64,000 nucleotides of DNA from positions 34,494 through 98,493 of the forward strand of contig CAVUKJ010000001.1 in assembly GCA_963742095.1 (NCBI GenBank), written 5' to 3'. Both the position numbers and the translations under genes were made by a program. Positions 54,841 through 63,956 of this stretch are shown piece by piece. Position 1 is the first letter of the stretch. Each line of letters begins with the position of its first letter. The notes under the pieces were generated by a model. That model was not told the DNA's origin. It saw nothing but the letters and a program-made list of their open reading frames with translations, and ran no database searches. This stretch comes from an uncultured Alphaproteobacteria bacterium (GTDB lineage Bacteria > Pseudomonadota > Alphaproteobacteria > Rhizobiales > Xanthobacteraceae).

Positions 54841-55887
54841 ATGAACAGGCGAGAGTTCAATACCTCGTTGCTCGCGGGCGCAGCCCTCGTCGCGGCCCCG
54901 CGCGTGGCACGCAGTGAGAATGTCTACAACCTCAAGCTCGGCCACTTCATTTCACCCAAGCACATCTTCGCCGAATATCTGCAGAACTGGGTGGATGAAC
55001 TGAAGAAGACATCGAGCGGCGCGCTCAACATCACCATCTTCCCAGCCAACACGATGGGGCCGGTGCAGAATTATGTCGACTATGCCCGCAATGGAGTCGC
55101 CGACATCACTTGGTATCTGGCGGGCGCTACGCCCGGCCGCTTCCCGCTCACGGAGATCATCCAGCTGCCCTACATGGTTGGCAGCGCTGAAATCGGGACA
55201 AAGACGCTCAATGATCCGGAGGTGCTTAAGCTGCTGGAGCCGGAGCATCAGGGCCTGAAAATCTTATATCTGCTGACCCATCAGCCTGGCGGCCTCCACA
55301 CCACGACAAAACCGGTCAGGACGGTAGAGGACATCAAAGGCCTACGCATCCGCTTTGCGTCTGTCACCATCAAAAGCTTCATCGCCGCCCTCGGCGGCAC
55401 GCCCGTCGGCGTCCCACCCAGCGGCATTGCAGACGCGCTGCAGAAGAACACAATCGATGGCTGCTTCGTCGATTATGGCGGCGCGCATACGGCCTTCCGT
55501 CTCGGCGGCCTCGTAAAATACACGACCGAGATGTACTCCTACGTCTCGAGCTTCGGCGTCGTGATGAACCCCGCCTCCTACGCCAAGCTACCGCCTGAGT
55601 TGCAGAAGCTGATCGACGACACCACCCGTCCGCGCATTGCCGAGATCGGCAAGCTATGGGATTCAGCCGACGCGCCCGGCAAGAAATATCTCGTGGAGAA
55701 CGGCGACACGCCGATCACGCTGTCGAAGGAGCAGGACGCTCTATTCAAAAAGATCGGCGCCGAGGACACGGCCAGAGTACTGTCCGAACTCGACAAGAAG
55801 GGCCTGCCAGGGACGAAAGTACACGCCGCCATGAAAGCGGCCGCCGACAAAGCCGCCAAGGACTCATACTCGTTCTGGAAAGCCTAG
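54841..55887 (+). CDS. TRAP transporter substrate-binding protein (DctP family)
   Basis: Tat/Sec-like leader MNRREFNTSLLAGAALVAAP. DctP-type sequence. GGAGG SD. Confidence 0.85.
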   Translation: MNRREFNTSLLAGAALVAAPRVARSENVYNLKLGHFISPKHIFAEYLQNWVDELKKTSSGALNITIFPANTMGPVQNYVDYARNGVADITWYLAGATPGRFPLTEIIQLPYMVGSAEIGTKTLNDPEVLKLLEPEHQGLKILYLLTHQPGGLHTTTKPVRTVEDIKGLRIRFASVTIKSFIAALGGTPVGVPPSGIADALQKNTIDGCFVDYGGAHTAFRLGGLVKYTTEMYSYVSSFGVVMNPASYAKLPPELQKLIDDTTRPRIAEIGKLWDSADAPGKKYLVENGDTPITLSKEQDALFKKIGAEDTARVLSELDKKGLPGTKVHAAMKAAADKAAKDSYSFWKA

Positions 55888-55897
55888 ACGGGCCCGC

Positions 55898-56389
55898 GTG
55901 TCCTCTCTTCTTTCGTTGATGTCGCGCGCTGCCTCGTACGGCAGCGCGCTCTTTCTCGCGGCGATGATGTTGATCACCGTTGCCGACGTGACTTTGCGCG
56001 CGGTTGCCAATCTGCCGATCACCGGCGCCTATGACCTGGTCCAGCTGTTCCTGGTCGGCACAATCTTCCTGAGCATCCCGGACGTGTTTCTGCGCAACGA
56101 GAACATCGTCATCGACTTTATCGATCATGTTGCCGCGCGAGCAATCATCGACATTCTCAAGCTCATCGCGAATCTTGCCGCCTTCGTTTTTCTTGTCGTG
56201 TTGTCGTGGCGAATGTTCGGCCCGGCGTCCGATTCGATGCATTTTCATGAGGTATCGCCCGACCTCTCGGTGCCGATGATCGTGCATTGGGCCCTGATGA
56301 TAGCAGGCATCACGCTGGCCCTATTGGCGGCGGCTTTCATTCTCCTCCAAAACGTGCGGCAGCTGGTGGCAAGACGGGCTGGCCAATGA
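55898..56389 (+). CDS. TRAP transporter small permease (DctQ family)
   Basis: 163 aa, four TM segments. Lies between the DctP and DctM genes. Confidence 0.8.
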   Translation: MSSLLSLMSRAASYGSALFLAAMMLITVADVTLRAVANLPITGAYDLVQLFLVGTIFLSIPDVFLRNENIVIDFIDHVAARAIIDILKLIANLAAFVFLVVLSWRMFGPASDSMHFHEVSPDLSVPMIVHWALMIAGITLALLAAAFILLQNVRQLVARRAGQ

Positions 56390-57687
56390 GCCCGCAGACC
56401 GTCGGCATCATCGGTTTCATCATCATGGTGACGATGATCTTCTTGCGCATGCCAGTGGCAATTGCGCTCGGTATTGTCGGTACCGCGGGCTATGCCGCGC
56501 TCAACGGCTGGGAGCAGGCGTTGCAGGTATTGGGCCGTGTGCCGCTCACCTTCGCATCAGCTTATGACCTATCCGTCGTTCCGCTATTCGTGTTGATGGG
56601 TGTGGTGGCCGCGCATTCCGGAATGGCGCGCGAACTGTTCCAGTCCATTAACGTCATGTTCAGCGGACGTCGCGGTACGCTAGCGACAGCGACGGTTGGC
56701 GCTTGCGCCGCACTCGGCGCGGTATCCGGATCGTCGGTGGCTATGGTCGCGACCATGAGCCATGTCGCGGTGCCGGAAATGCGCCGCAATGGCTACGACG
56801 AGCGGCTAGCGCTCGGCGCTGTCGTCGCCGGCGGAACGCTCGGAATTCTTATTCCGCCCTCAGTGATGCTGATCTTCTATGGCCTTACCGCGGTGCAATC
56901 CATTCCGCAGCTGTTCGCCGCGGGCATGATCCCCGGCCTGCTGCTGGCCGGCCTGCAAATAGGCGTCATCAAGATCGCGACCTGGTTCGCGCCGCACTGG
57001 GCGCCGGTATCGCCGCGCGCTCCCTGGCGCGAACGGTTAAAAGCCTCGATCGGCATGTGGAAACTGCTGTTCATCTTCTTTTTGTCGATCGGCGGTATCT
57101 ATGCGGGCTGGTTTAGTCCCACTGAGGCCGCCGCGGTCGGCACATTCGCCACCATCGTGCTGGCCGGCGCAACCGGTCAACTCAGCCTGCGCGAACTCAC
57201 GACGACGATGGTCGAATCCGCGCGCACCACAGCAATGCTGTTCTTCATCCTAATCGGCGCCATTATGTTCAGCTATTTCATCGTGCAGACGCAAATTGCG
57301 ACCAATCTTGCCGCCTGGGTGGTGTCGCTGCATCTGCCGCCGACGGCGGTGATGATTGTTGTGGTGATGTTTTATATCGTGCTTGGCAGCTTCCTGGAAT
57401 CTCTCACTATGATTTTGATAACGGTGCCCGTGTTTGCGCCACTCGCGCAAAGCCTCGGCTATGACCTGATCTGGTTCGGCGTGTTGTTGGTGGTGCTGAT
57501 CGAAGTCGGCCTCATACATCCACCGATGGGGATGAACCTATTCGTGCTGCAATCGCAATTGCCCGATGCCAAGCTCGGAAAAATGTACATCGGCAGCGCC
57601 ATGTTCCTCTTAGCCAATGCCGTCCTGATCGCGTTGCTGCTCGCCTATCCACAGATCGCGCTCTGGCTGCCGCACGTCTTGTACTGA
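56386..57687 (+). CDS. TRAP transporter large permease (DctM family)
   Basis: 433 aa polytopic protein. ATGA overlap with the DctQ stop. Confidence 0.85.
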   Translation: MSPQTVGIIGFIIMVTMIFLRMPVAIALGIVGTAGYAALNGWEQALQVLGRVPLTFASAYDLSVVPLFVLMGVVAAHSGMARELFQSINVMFSGRRGTLATATVGACAALGAVSGSSVAMVATMSHVAVPEMRRNGYDERLALGAVVAGGTLGILIPPSVMLIFYGLTAVQSIPQLFAAGMIPGLLLAGLQIGVIKIATWFAPHWAPVSPRAPWRERLKASIGMWKLLFIFFLSIGGIYAGWFSPTEAAAVGTFATIVLAGATGQLSLRELTTTMVESARTTAMLFFILIGAIMFSYFIVQTQIATNLAAWVVSLHLPPTAVMIVVVMFYIVLGSFLESLTMILITVPVFAPLAQSLGYDLIWFGVLLVVLIEVGLIHPPMGMNLFVLQSQLPDAKLGKMYIGSAMFLLANAVLIALLLAYPQIALWLPHVLY

Positions 57688-57770
57688 CGGCTTGTTCGTT
57701 ACTCGAATTAGCCAGGCTGAATCCGCAGGCGCATAACTGCGACGCCGGCCACGCAGTCGAAGACAAACTA

Positions 57771-57829
57771 ATCTCCGCTCGTGTTCTCCGAAATTTGGTA
57801 ACAATTCAAATTGTCGGCGGAGATTTTTT
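57771..57829 (+). terminator. possible terminator/structured element after the TRAP operon
   Basis: Outer stem ATCTCCGC/GCGGAGAT, inner stem AATTTG/CAAATT, followed by T6. Confidence 0.35.
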
Positions 57830-57951
57830 AGAAGATTGGACGATCAAAATTCGACTTCGTAACCGCAGAGACGCTTTGCCAATTTTGAAAGGCCCGGTGT
57901 TGCGGGCTTCTTCGCGGCAACGCGCTAAGTACTTGAAGAGACTGGACTTGT

Positions 57952-58026
57952 TGGCTGGGGCGCCAGGATTCGAACCTGGGAATGGCGGAATCAAAATCCG
58001 CTGCCTTACCACTTGGCTACGCCCCA
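57952..58026 (-). tRNA. tRNA-Gln (anticodon UUG)
   Basis: TGGGGCGTAGCCAAGTGGTAAGGCAGCGGATTTTGATTCCGCCATTCCCAGGTTCGAATCCTGGCGCCCCAGCCA folds as a complete cloverleaf: 7-bp acceptor, GCGGA/TCCGC anticodon stem, loop TTTTGAT, T-loop TTCGAAT, encoded CCA. Confidence 0.9.
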
Positions 58027-58172
58027 ACACCTGCAACAGGAAACCCGCGCCGGATCGCGCCGGAAGCGGTCGCGGGACCATATAGATGCCGCCCTGTCCG
58101 ATCAACGCCGGGTTATCCTAACTCCTCCGAACGCACGTTTGACCGCCACCGGCGCGGGGCTAGATTAGCCCC

Positions 58173-59897
58173 ATGTCCTACCGCGCGCCGGTTTCCGACA
58201 TTGTCTTCGCGCTCAAACACGCCTCCGGCTTCTCGGCGGCGCTGCAGGACGGCCTTTACGGCGAGCTGGACGAGGCGACGGTCGACGCTGTGCTGGAGGA
58301 AGCCGGCAAGTTCGCGACCGAAGTCATCGCGCCGCTCAATACCGTCGGCGACAAGTTCGGCACCCCGTTCAAGGACGGCAAGGTGACGACGCCGCCCGGC
58401 TGGAAGGACGCCTACACGTCCTGGGCCGCGGCGGGCTGGAACGGGCTCGCCGCGCCGGCCGACTTCGGCGGCCAGGACCTGCCGCACGCGGTCAACGCCG
58501 CCTGCGTCGAAATGTGGAACTCGGCGTCGATGGCCTTCGGCATCGGCCCGGTGCTGACGATGGCGGCGATCGATGCGCTGCACGCCTACGGCACCGACGA
58601 GCTCAAAGAGCGCTATCTCGGCAAGCTCACCACCGGCGAGTGGATGGGCACCATGCAGCTCACCGAGCCGCAGGCCGGCTCCGACGTCGGCGCGCTGCGC
58701 ACCAAAGCCGAGCGCGCCAAGGACGGCACCTACCGCATCACCGGCTCGAAGATCTTCATCACCTATGGCGAGCACGATCTCACCGACAACATCATCCACT
58801 TCGTGCTGGCGCGGTTGCCCGACGCGCCGCCCGGCACCAAGGGCATCTCGCTCTTCCTCATTCCGAAGTTCATGCCGGACGGCGCGCGTAACGACGCGCG
58901 GGCGCATTCGGTCGAGCACAAGCTCGGCATCCACGCTTCGCCGACCTGCACCATGGTCTACGGCGACAAAGGCGGCGCCATCGGCTTCCTCATCGGCGAG
59001 GAGCACAAGGGCATGGCCGCGATGTTCACGATGATGAACCGCGCCCGCCTCGCCGTCGGCCTGCAAGGCGTCGGCATCGCCGAGCGCGCCTTGCAGCAGG
59101 CGGAGGCTTACGCGCGCGAACGCAAGCAGGGCGCCGCCGGCACCATCATCCATTACCCCGACGTCAAGCGCATGCTGCTGACGATGCGCACGCTCACCGG
59201 CGCGGCGCGCGCCATCTGCTATGCCACCGGCGTCGCCATCGACCGCTCGCTGCGGGAGAAGACTGAAGCTGCACGCAAGGCGTGGCACGAACGCGCCTCG
59301 CTGCTCACGCCGGTCGCCAAGGCCTTTTCGACCGACATCGGCATCGAGGTCGCCTCCCTCGGCGTGCAGGTTCACGGCGGCATGGGCTTCATCGAGGAGA
59401 CCGGCGCCGCGCAGCATTTCCGCGATGCGCGCATCGCCGCGATCTACGAAGGCACCAACGGCATCCAGGCTTTGGACTTGGTGGCGCGAAAAGTGCCGCT
59501 CGACGGCGGCAAGACGGTCGCGCGCTATCTCGACGAACTGCGCGGCACCGTGAAGCAGGTCGCGGCCAGCAACGCGCCGGGCTTCGGCGAAACGTCGAAG
59601 CGGCTTTCCGAAGCCGTCGACTCGCTCGAGCGTGCAACGCAATGGCTGCTGGCGCAAAAGGGCTCGGACGCGGCGCTCGCCGGCGCGACACCCTATCTGC
59701 GGCTGTTCGGCAACGCGGCCGGCGGCTGTCTGCTGGCCGAGCAGGCGCTCGCCGCGTTGCGCGGCGGCGATGGCGCGGCGCGCACGGCGCTTGCCCGCTT
59801 CTTCGCCGAGAACATTGCGGTGCAGGCCTCCGGCCTCGAGCGCAGCGTCACCGAAGGCGCGGACTCGATCCTCAACGCGCAGGCGGCGCTTTCTTAG
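58173..59897 (+). CDS. long-type acyl-CoA dehydrogenase (with ACAD C-terminal extension)
   Basis: 574 aa with LTEPQAGSDVGALRTKA and QVHGGMGFIEETGAAQHFRDARIAAIYEGTNGIQ. Confidence 0.85.
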   Translation: MSYRAPVSDIVFALKHASGFSAALQDGLYGELDEATVDAVLEEAGKFATEVIAPLNTVGDKFGTPFKDGKVTTPPGWKDAYTSWAAAGWNGLAAPADFGGQDLPHAVNAACVEMWNSASMAFGIGPVLTMAAIDALHAYGTDELKERYLGKLTTGEWMGTMQLTEPQAGSDVGALRTKAERAKDGTYRITGSKIFITYGEHDLTDNIIHFVLARLPDAPPGTKGISLFLIPKFMPDGARNDARAHSVEHKLGIHASPTCTMVYGDKGGAIGFLIGEEHKGMAAMFTMMNRARLAVGLQGVGIAERALQQAEAYARERKQGAAGTIIHYPDVKRMLLTMRTLTGAARAICYATGVAIDRSLREKTEAARKAWHERASLLTPVAKAFSTDIGIEVASLGVQVHGGMGFIEETGAAQHFRDARIAAIYEGTNGIQALDLVARKVPLDGGKTVARYLDELRGTVKQVAASNAPGFGETSKRLSEAVDSLERATQWLLAQKGSDAALAGATPYLRLFGNAAGGCLLAEQALAALRGGDGAARTALARFFAENIAVQASGLERSVTEGADSILNAQAALS

Positions 59898-60457
59898 CCC
59901 CAATTCTTCATCTGGATTCCCGCTTCCCCGGGAACGAGCGGAGGCGACTTGCCCCGCTCTCGCGCGAATACATAGGCAACTTGAGCACGCGAAAAAAGTT
60001 ATCCCCGCTCGTTGCGGCGGCCTTATCTTGCATGCGTCCTGCTCATGTGAGGGCGTCATCTAGAGGCGTCTAAATGATGGAGCAGGATGCGGCGCCCGCG
60101 GGCGTAGCTCGCAAGCCACGCACCCGGGCGGCGCCGGGGCACCGCCCGGGGCCACTACGGGCCCCTGCGAGGAGCTCGCTGATGGTGGTCGGCCCGGCCG
60201 GCCGGAGGCAACTCCGGCACGCCAAGGGTCCGAGCCGAAAGCGCGGCCCGGCGCCGGAAGGAGAACGCCGCGATGGCGCGCCGAAAGGCGCCGCATGCCG
60301 GGAACGGCATGCGCACTTCAAGGAAGGCTGCGCCTGACGGCGCGCCGTCCCCCTCCATTTTTTGGAGGGATCAAGGAGACGACGGGCCTACCCGGGGGCC
60401 CGCAAAGAATACGGGCGGCGGAGCGTTGGCTAAGATGGTCCGAGAAGGGCGAAAGGG

Positions 60458-61324
60458 GTGTCGATGTCGCTCAAGGGAAAAACACTGTTCATCACCGGCG
60501 GCTCGCGCGGCATCGGGCTGGCGATCGCGCTGAAGGCGGCGCGCGACGGCGCCAATGTCGCGATCGCCGCTAAGACGGTCGCGCCGCATCCCAAGCTCGA
60601 AGGCACCATCCACACCGCGGCAGCCGACATCGAAAAGGCCGGCGGCCGCGCGCTGCCGCTCCAGGTCGACGTGCGCGACGAGGCGGCGGTCAAATCCGCG
60701 CTCGATCAGACCGCGGCGAAGTTCGGCGGCATCGACATCGTCGTCAACAATGCGAGTGCCATCCAGCTCACGAGCGTGGCGCAGACCGACATGCGCCGCT
60801 TCGACCTGATGCATGCGATCAACACGCGCGGCACCTTCATGGTGTCGAAATTCGCCCTGCCCTACCTGGAGAAATCGGCGAGCCCGCACATCCTGATGCT
60901 GTCGCCGCCGCTCGACATGGCGGAGAAATGGTTCGCGCCGCATACCGCCTATACGATGGCCAAGTTCGGCATGAGCCTGGTGGTGCTCGGCCTTGCCGGC
61001 GAACTGCGCGGCCGCGTCGCGGTCAATGCGCTGTGGCCGCGCACCACGATCGCCACTGCCGCGATCAGGAACCTGCTCGGCGGCGACGCTATGATGCGCC
61101 GCTCGCGCAAGCCCGAGATCATCGCCGAGGCCGCCTGCCGGATCTTCGAGAAGCCGAAGACCTTCACCGGCCAATTTCTGATCGACGACACGATCCTCGC
61201 TGCCGAGGAAGTCACCGACTTCGACCGGTACCGCGCCGATCCGAGCCAGCCGCTGCAAATCGACTTCTTCGTGCCCAACTCGATGCCGCCGCCGAAGGGC
61301 GTGAGCATGGGACCGCTGAAATGA
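60458..61324 (+). CDS. SDR family oxidoreductase
   Basis: TGGSRGIG and YTMAK. 288 aa. An ATG at 60464 is an alternative start. Confidence 0.85.
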   Translation: MSMSLKGKTLFITGGSRGIGLAIALKAARDGANVAIAAKTVAPHPKLEGTIHTAAADIEKAGGRALPLQVDVRDEAAVKSALDQTAAKFGGIDIVVNNASAIQLTSVAQTDMRRFDLMHAINTRGTFMVSKFALPYLEKSASPHILMLSPPLDMAEKWFAPHTAYTMAKFGMSLVVLGLAGELRGRVAVNALWPRTTIATAAIRNLLGGDAMMRRSRKPEIIAEAACRIFEKPKTFTGQFLIDDTILAAEEVTDFDRYRADPSQPLQIDFFVPNSMPPPKGVSMGPLK

Positions 61325-61329
61325 TTTAC

Positions 61330-61425
61330 GTCGTCCCGGGCGAGCGAAGCGAGGCCCGGGACCCATACTCCGCAGCCTATCGAGAAGCTGCGGCGTATGG
61401 GTCCCCGCTTTCGCGGGGACGACAA
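61330..61425. repeat. REP-like imperfect palindrome
   Basis: GTCGTCCCGGGCGAGCGAAGCGAGGCCCGGGACCCATAC...GTATGGGTCCCCGCTTTCGCGGGGACGAC with a nested CCGCAGC/GCTGCGG stem. Intergenic. Confidence 0.5.
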
Positions 61426-61470
61426 ATGGAAGGTTTGCGCGTCGCTATTGAGCCGCGTTAGAACACATCA

Positions 61471-62400
61471 ATGTCCACGCTCCTCCTCTCCCATCCCGCC
61501 TGCCTCGAACACCTCACCCCGAGCGGCCACCCCGAACGGCCGGACCGGCTGCGCGCCATCGAGCAGGCCCTCGAGGATGAAAAGTTCCAGACGCTGGCGC
61601 GTGGGCAGGCGCCGCTCGCCGCGGCCGAGATCATCGCGCTCTGCCATCCGATGGATTACGTCGAGGCGATCCGCAACGCCTCGCCAAGCGAAGGCATGGT
61701 GCGGCTCGATGCCGACACATCGATGTCGCCGGGCACGTTCGAGGCGGCGCTGCGCGCGGCCGGCGGCGGCATCAAGGCCGTCGACGAGGTGATGAGCGGC
61801 GCGATCAACAATGCCTTTGTCGCCGTGCGCCCACCCGGCCACCATGCCGAGACGGCGCGGCCGATGGGCTTCTGCCTGTTCAACAGCGCGGCGATCGCGG
61901 CGCGCTACGCGCAAAAGAAGCACGGCGCCGAACGCGTCGCGATCGTCGATTTCGATGTCCATCACGGCAACGGCTCGCAGGACATTTTCTGGTCGGACAA
62001 GACGGTGATGTACTGCTCGACGCACGAGATGCCGCTTTATCCCGGCACCGGCGCGATCACCGAGCGCGGCGAGTTCAACACCGTCGTCAATTGCCCGCTG
62101 CGCGCCGGCGACGGCGGCGATCAGTTCAAGCAGGCGATGGAAGGCGTGATCCTGCCGCGGCTGCGCGAGTTCAAGCCGGACCTCGTCGTCATCTCCGCGG
62201 GCTTCGACGCGCACACGCGCGATCCGCTCGCGAACCTGAATTTCGTCGAGGCAGATTTTTCATGGGCGACGAAGAAGCTGATGGAGATCGCCGACGCGAG
62301 CGCCAGGGGCCGCATCGTCTCGATGCTCGAAGGCGGTTACGACCTGCAGGGCCTGTCGCGCTCGGTCGCCGCTCACGTCACCGCGCTGATGGAGGGTTAG
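61471..62400 (+). CDS. histone deacetylase family protein (acetoin-utilisation/AcuC-like)
   Basis: RPPGHHA and DFDVHHGNGSQ. 309 aa. Confidence 0.85.
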   Translation: MSTLLLSHPACLEHLTPSGHPERPDRLRAIEQALEDEKFQTLARGQAPLAAAEIIALCHPMDYVEAIRNASPSEGMVRLDADTSMSPGTFEAALRAAGGGIKAVDEVMSGAINNAFVAVRPPGHHAETARPMGFCLFNSAAIAARYAQKKHGAERVAIVDFDVHHGNGSQDIFWSDKTVMYCSTHEMPLYPGTGAITERGEFNTVVNCPLRAGDGGDQFKQAMEGVILPRLREFKPDLVVISAGFDAHTRDPLANLNFVEADFSWATKKLMEIADASARGRIVSMLEGGYDLQGLSRSVAAHVTALMEG

Positions 62401-63126
62401 CGCGCCGTCAGCCCGCCATCGATCGGCACGTCGGCGCCGGTGATGAAAGACAGAATCATCCGACAACAGATAAACGCAGAGCGCGGCGATTTCGGCAGGC
62501 TCGCCGAGCCGGCCAAGCGGAATGTCGAGCGCAAGCTTGTTCTTCACGGTGTCCGGATCTTTCGTGCCCGAGGCGATCTCGTCGACCATCGGCCCCTCGA
62601 CGAAAGCCGGACACACGGCGTTGCAGCGCACCGGCGGCTTGAAGCGCGCGCCATACAGCGCCACCGATTTTGTCAGCAGCGACACGCCGCCCTTCGATGC
62701 CGTGTAGGCGGTCAGGTTCGGCCCGCCGATGAGCCCGAGCACCGACGACAGGTTGACGATCGCTCCGCCCTGCTTGCGCAGCAACGGAAACGCGTATTTG
62801 CAGCCGAGGAAGGTGCCGTCGAGATTGACCGACATCACGCGTTTCCAGGTGACGAAGTCGGTCTTTTCGATGTTGGCGACGACCGCGATGCCGGCTGCGT
62901 TCACCAACCCGTCGAGCCTGTCGATGCCGGCGACGGCCTTCTGCCAGTCGGCCTCCGAGGTGACGTCGAGCGTGACGTCGGCGCCGGGCCGGCCCTTGAG
63001 ATCGCTGGTGATCGCCTTGCCGCCGGCCTGCTTGATGGCGGCGGCAATCGCAGCGCCGATCGCGCCGGACGCGCCGGTCACCAGCACAATTTTGTTCTTC
63101 AGATCGGCCAAACCTGCCCCCGTCAT
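62397..63126 (-). pseudogene. SDR family oxidoreductase, C-terminus frameshifted (extra base in the run 62446-62448) or sequencing error
   Basis: VTGASGAIG and YTASK. After LLSDDSVF the listed frame becomes Arg-rich nonsense. The alternative frame reads ITGADVPIDGGLTAR with a stop at 62397-62399 and high GC3. Total length is 3n+1. Start is 63126 or 63141. Confidence 0.75.
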
Positions 63127-63161
63127 TGCATTATCGCTCATTCTCAAGCATTCATCGTCCG

Positions 63162-63956
63162 ATGTCACCCACCGAGCCGGTTTGCCTGATCACCGGCGCC
63201 TCCGCCGGTATCGGCGCGGCGCTGGCGCGCGAATTTGCCAAACACGGCTACGCGCTGGTGCTGTCCGCACGCCGCGAGGCGAAATTGCGGGCGCTGGCCG
63301 ACGAGATCGCCGCCGCCGGGCACACGCGTCCGATCGTGATCGCTGCCGATCTGTCGTCGGCCGCCGGCGTCGCCAAATTGACGGACGCGATGACGGCGCA
63401 GAGTCTCGCGCCCGCTTATCTTGTCAATGACGCCGGCTTCGGCCTGTTGGGCGAAGCTGCCGAGCGCGATCTCGGGCGGCAACTCGCCATGATCAATCTC
63501 AATGTCCGCGGCCTCACCGACCTCACATTGCGGCTGCTCGACGGCGTGAAACGTCAACGCGGCGGCATTCTCAACGTGGCCTCGATTGCCGGCTTCCTGC
63601 CCGGCGTGGGTATGGCGGTCTATCACGCGACCAAGGCCTATGTGCTCTCATTTACCGAGGCGCTGCATGCCGAGCTCGCGGTCGACGGCGCGCGGGTCTG
63701 TGCGCTGTGCCCCGGCCCGGTCGAGACCGAGTTCTTCGGCCAGGCCGGCATACCGGAGGGCTACTTCCCGCCGTCGTTTGCCCGCACGGCCGAGCGGGTC
63801 GCGCGCGAAGGCTATGAGGGGTTCATGGCCGGTCACCGCATTGTCGCGCCGGGCACACCCAATCGCGTCGTGACGCTGCTGCCGCGCCTTTTGCCGCGCG
63901 GGGTCATCCTCGGAGCGACGCGATCGCGCTGGCGGCGCATGAAGCGTGGTGGATAA
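63162..63956 (+). CDS. SDR family oxidoreductase
   Basis: ITGASAGIG and YHATK. 264 aa. Confidence 0.85.
   Translation: MSPTEPVCLITGASAGIGAALAREFAKHGYALVLSARREAKLRALADEIAAAGHTRPIVIAADLSSAAGVAKLTDAMTAQSLAPAYLVNDAGFGLLGEAAERDLGRQLAMINLNVRGLTDLTLRLLDGVKRQRGGILNVASIAGFLPGVGMAVYHATKAYVLSFTEALHAELAVDGARVCALCPGPVETEFFGQAGIPEGYFPPSFARTAERVAREGYEGFMAGHRIVAPGTPNRVVTLLPRLLPRGVILGATRSRWRRMKRGG

Noticed and set aside
57688-57951. Integrase or att repeat next to tRNA-Gln.
   Set aside because: The spacer has no ORF. By eye I found no copy of the tRNA 3-prime segment at 21.6 kb, 43.3 kb or 52 kb. The GGTTCGAACTGCC at about 51926 is too divergent to call a tRNA fragment.
59900-60457. tmRNA, RNase P RNA or SRP RNA in the GC-rich gap.
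   Set aside because: It lacks a T-arm/ACCA end and a tag ORF (tmRNA). It lacks GAGGAAAGUCCGGGC and ACAGAAcCCGGCUUA (RNase P). It has only a partial CCGGAAGGA match without GGAAGCAGCC (SRP).
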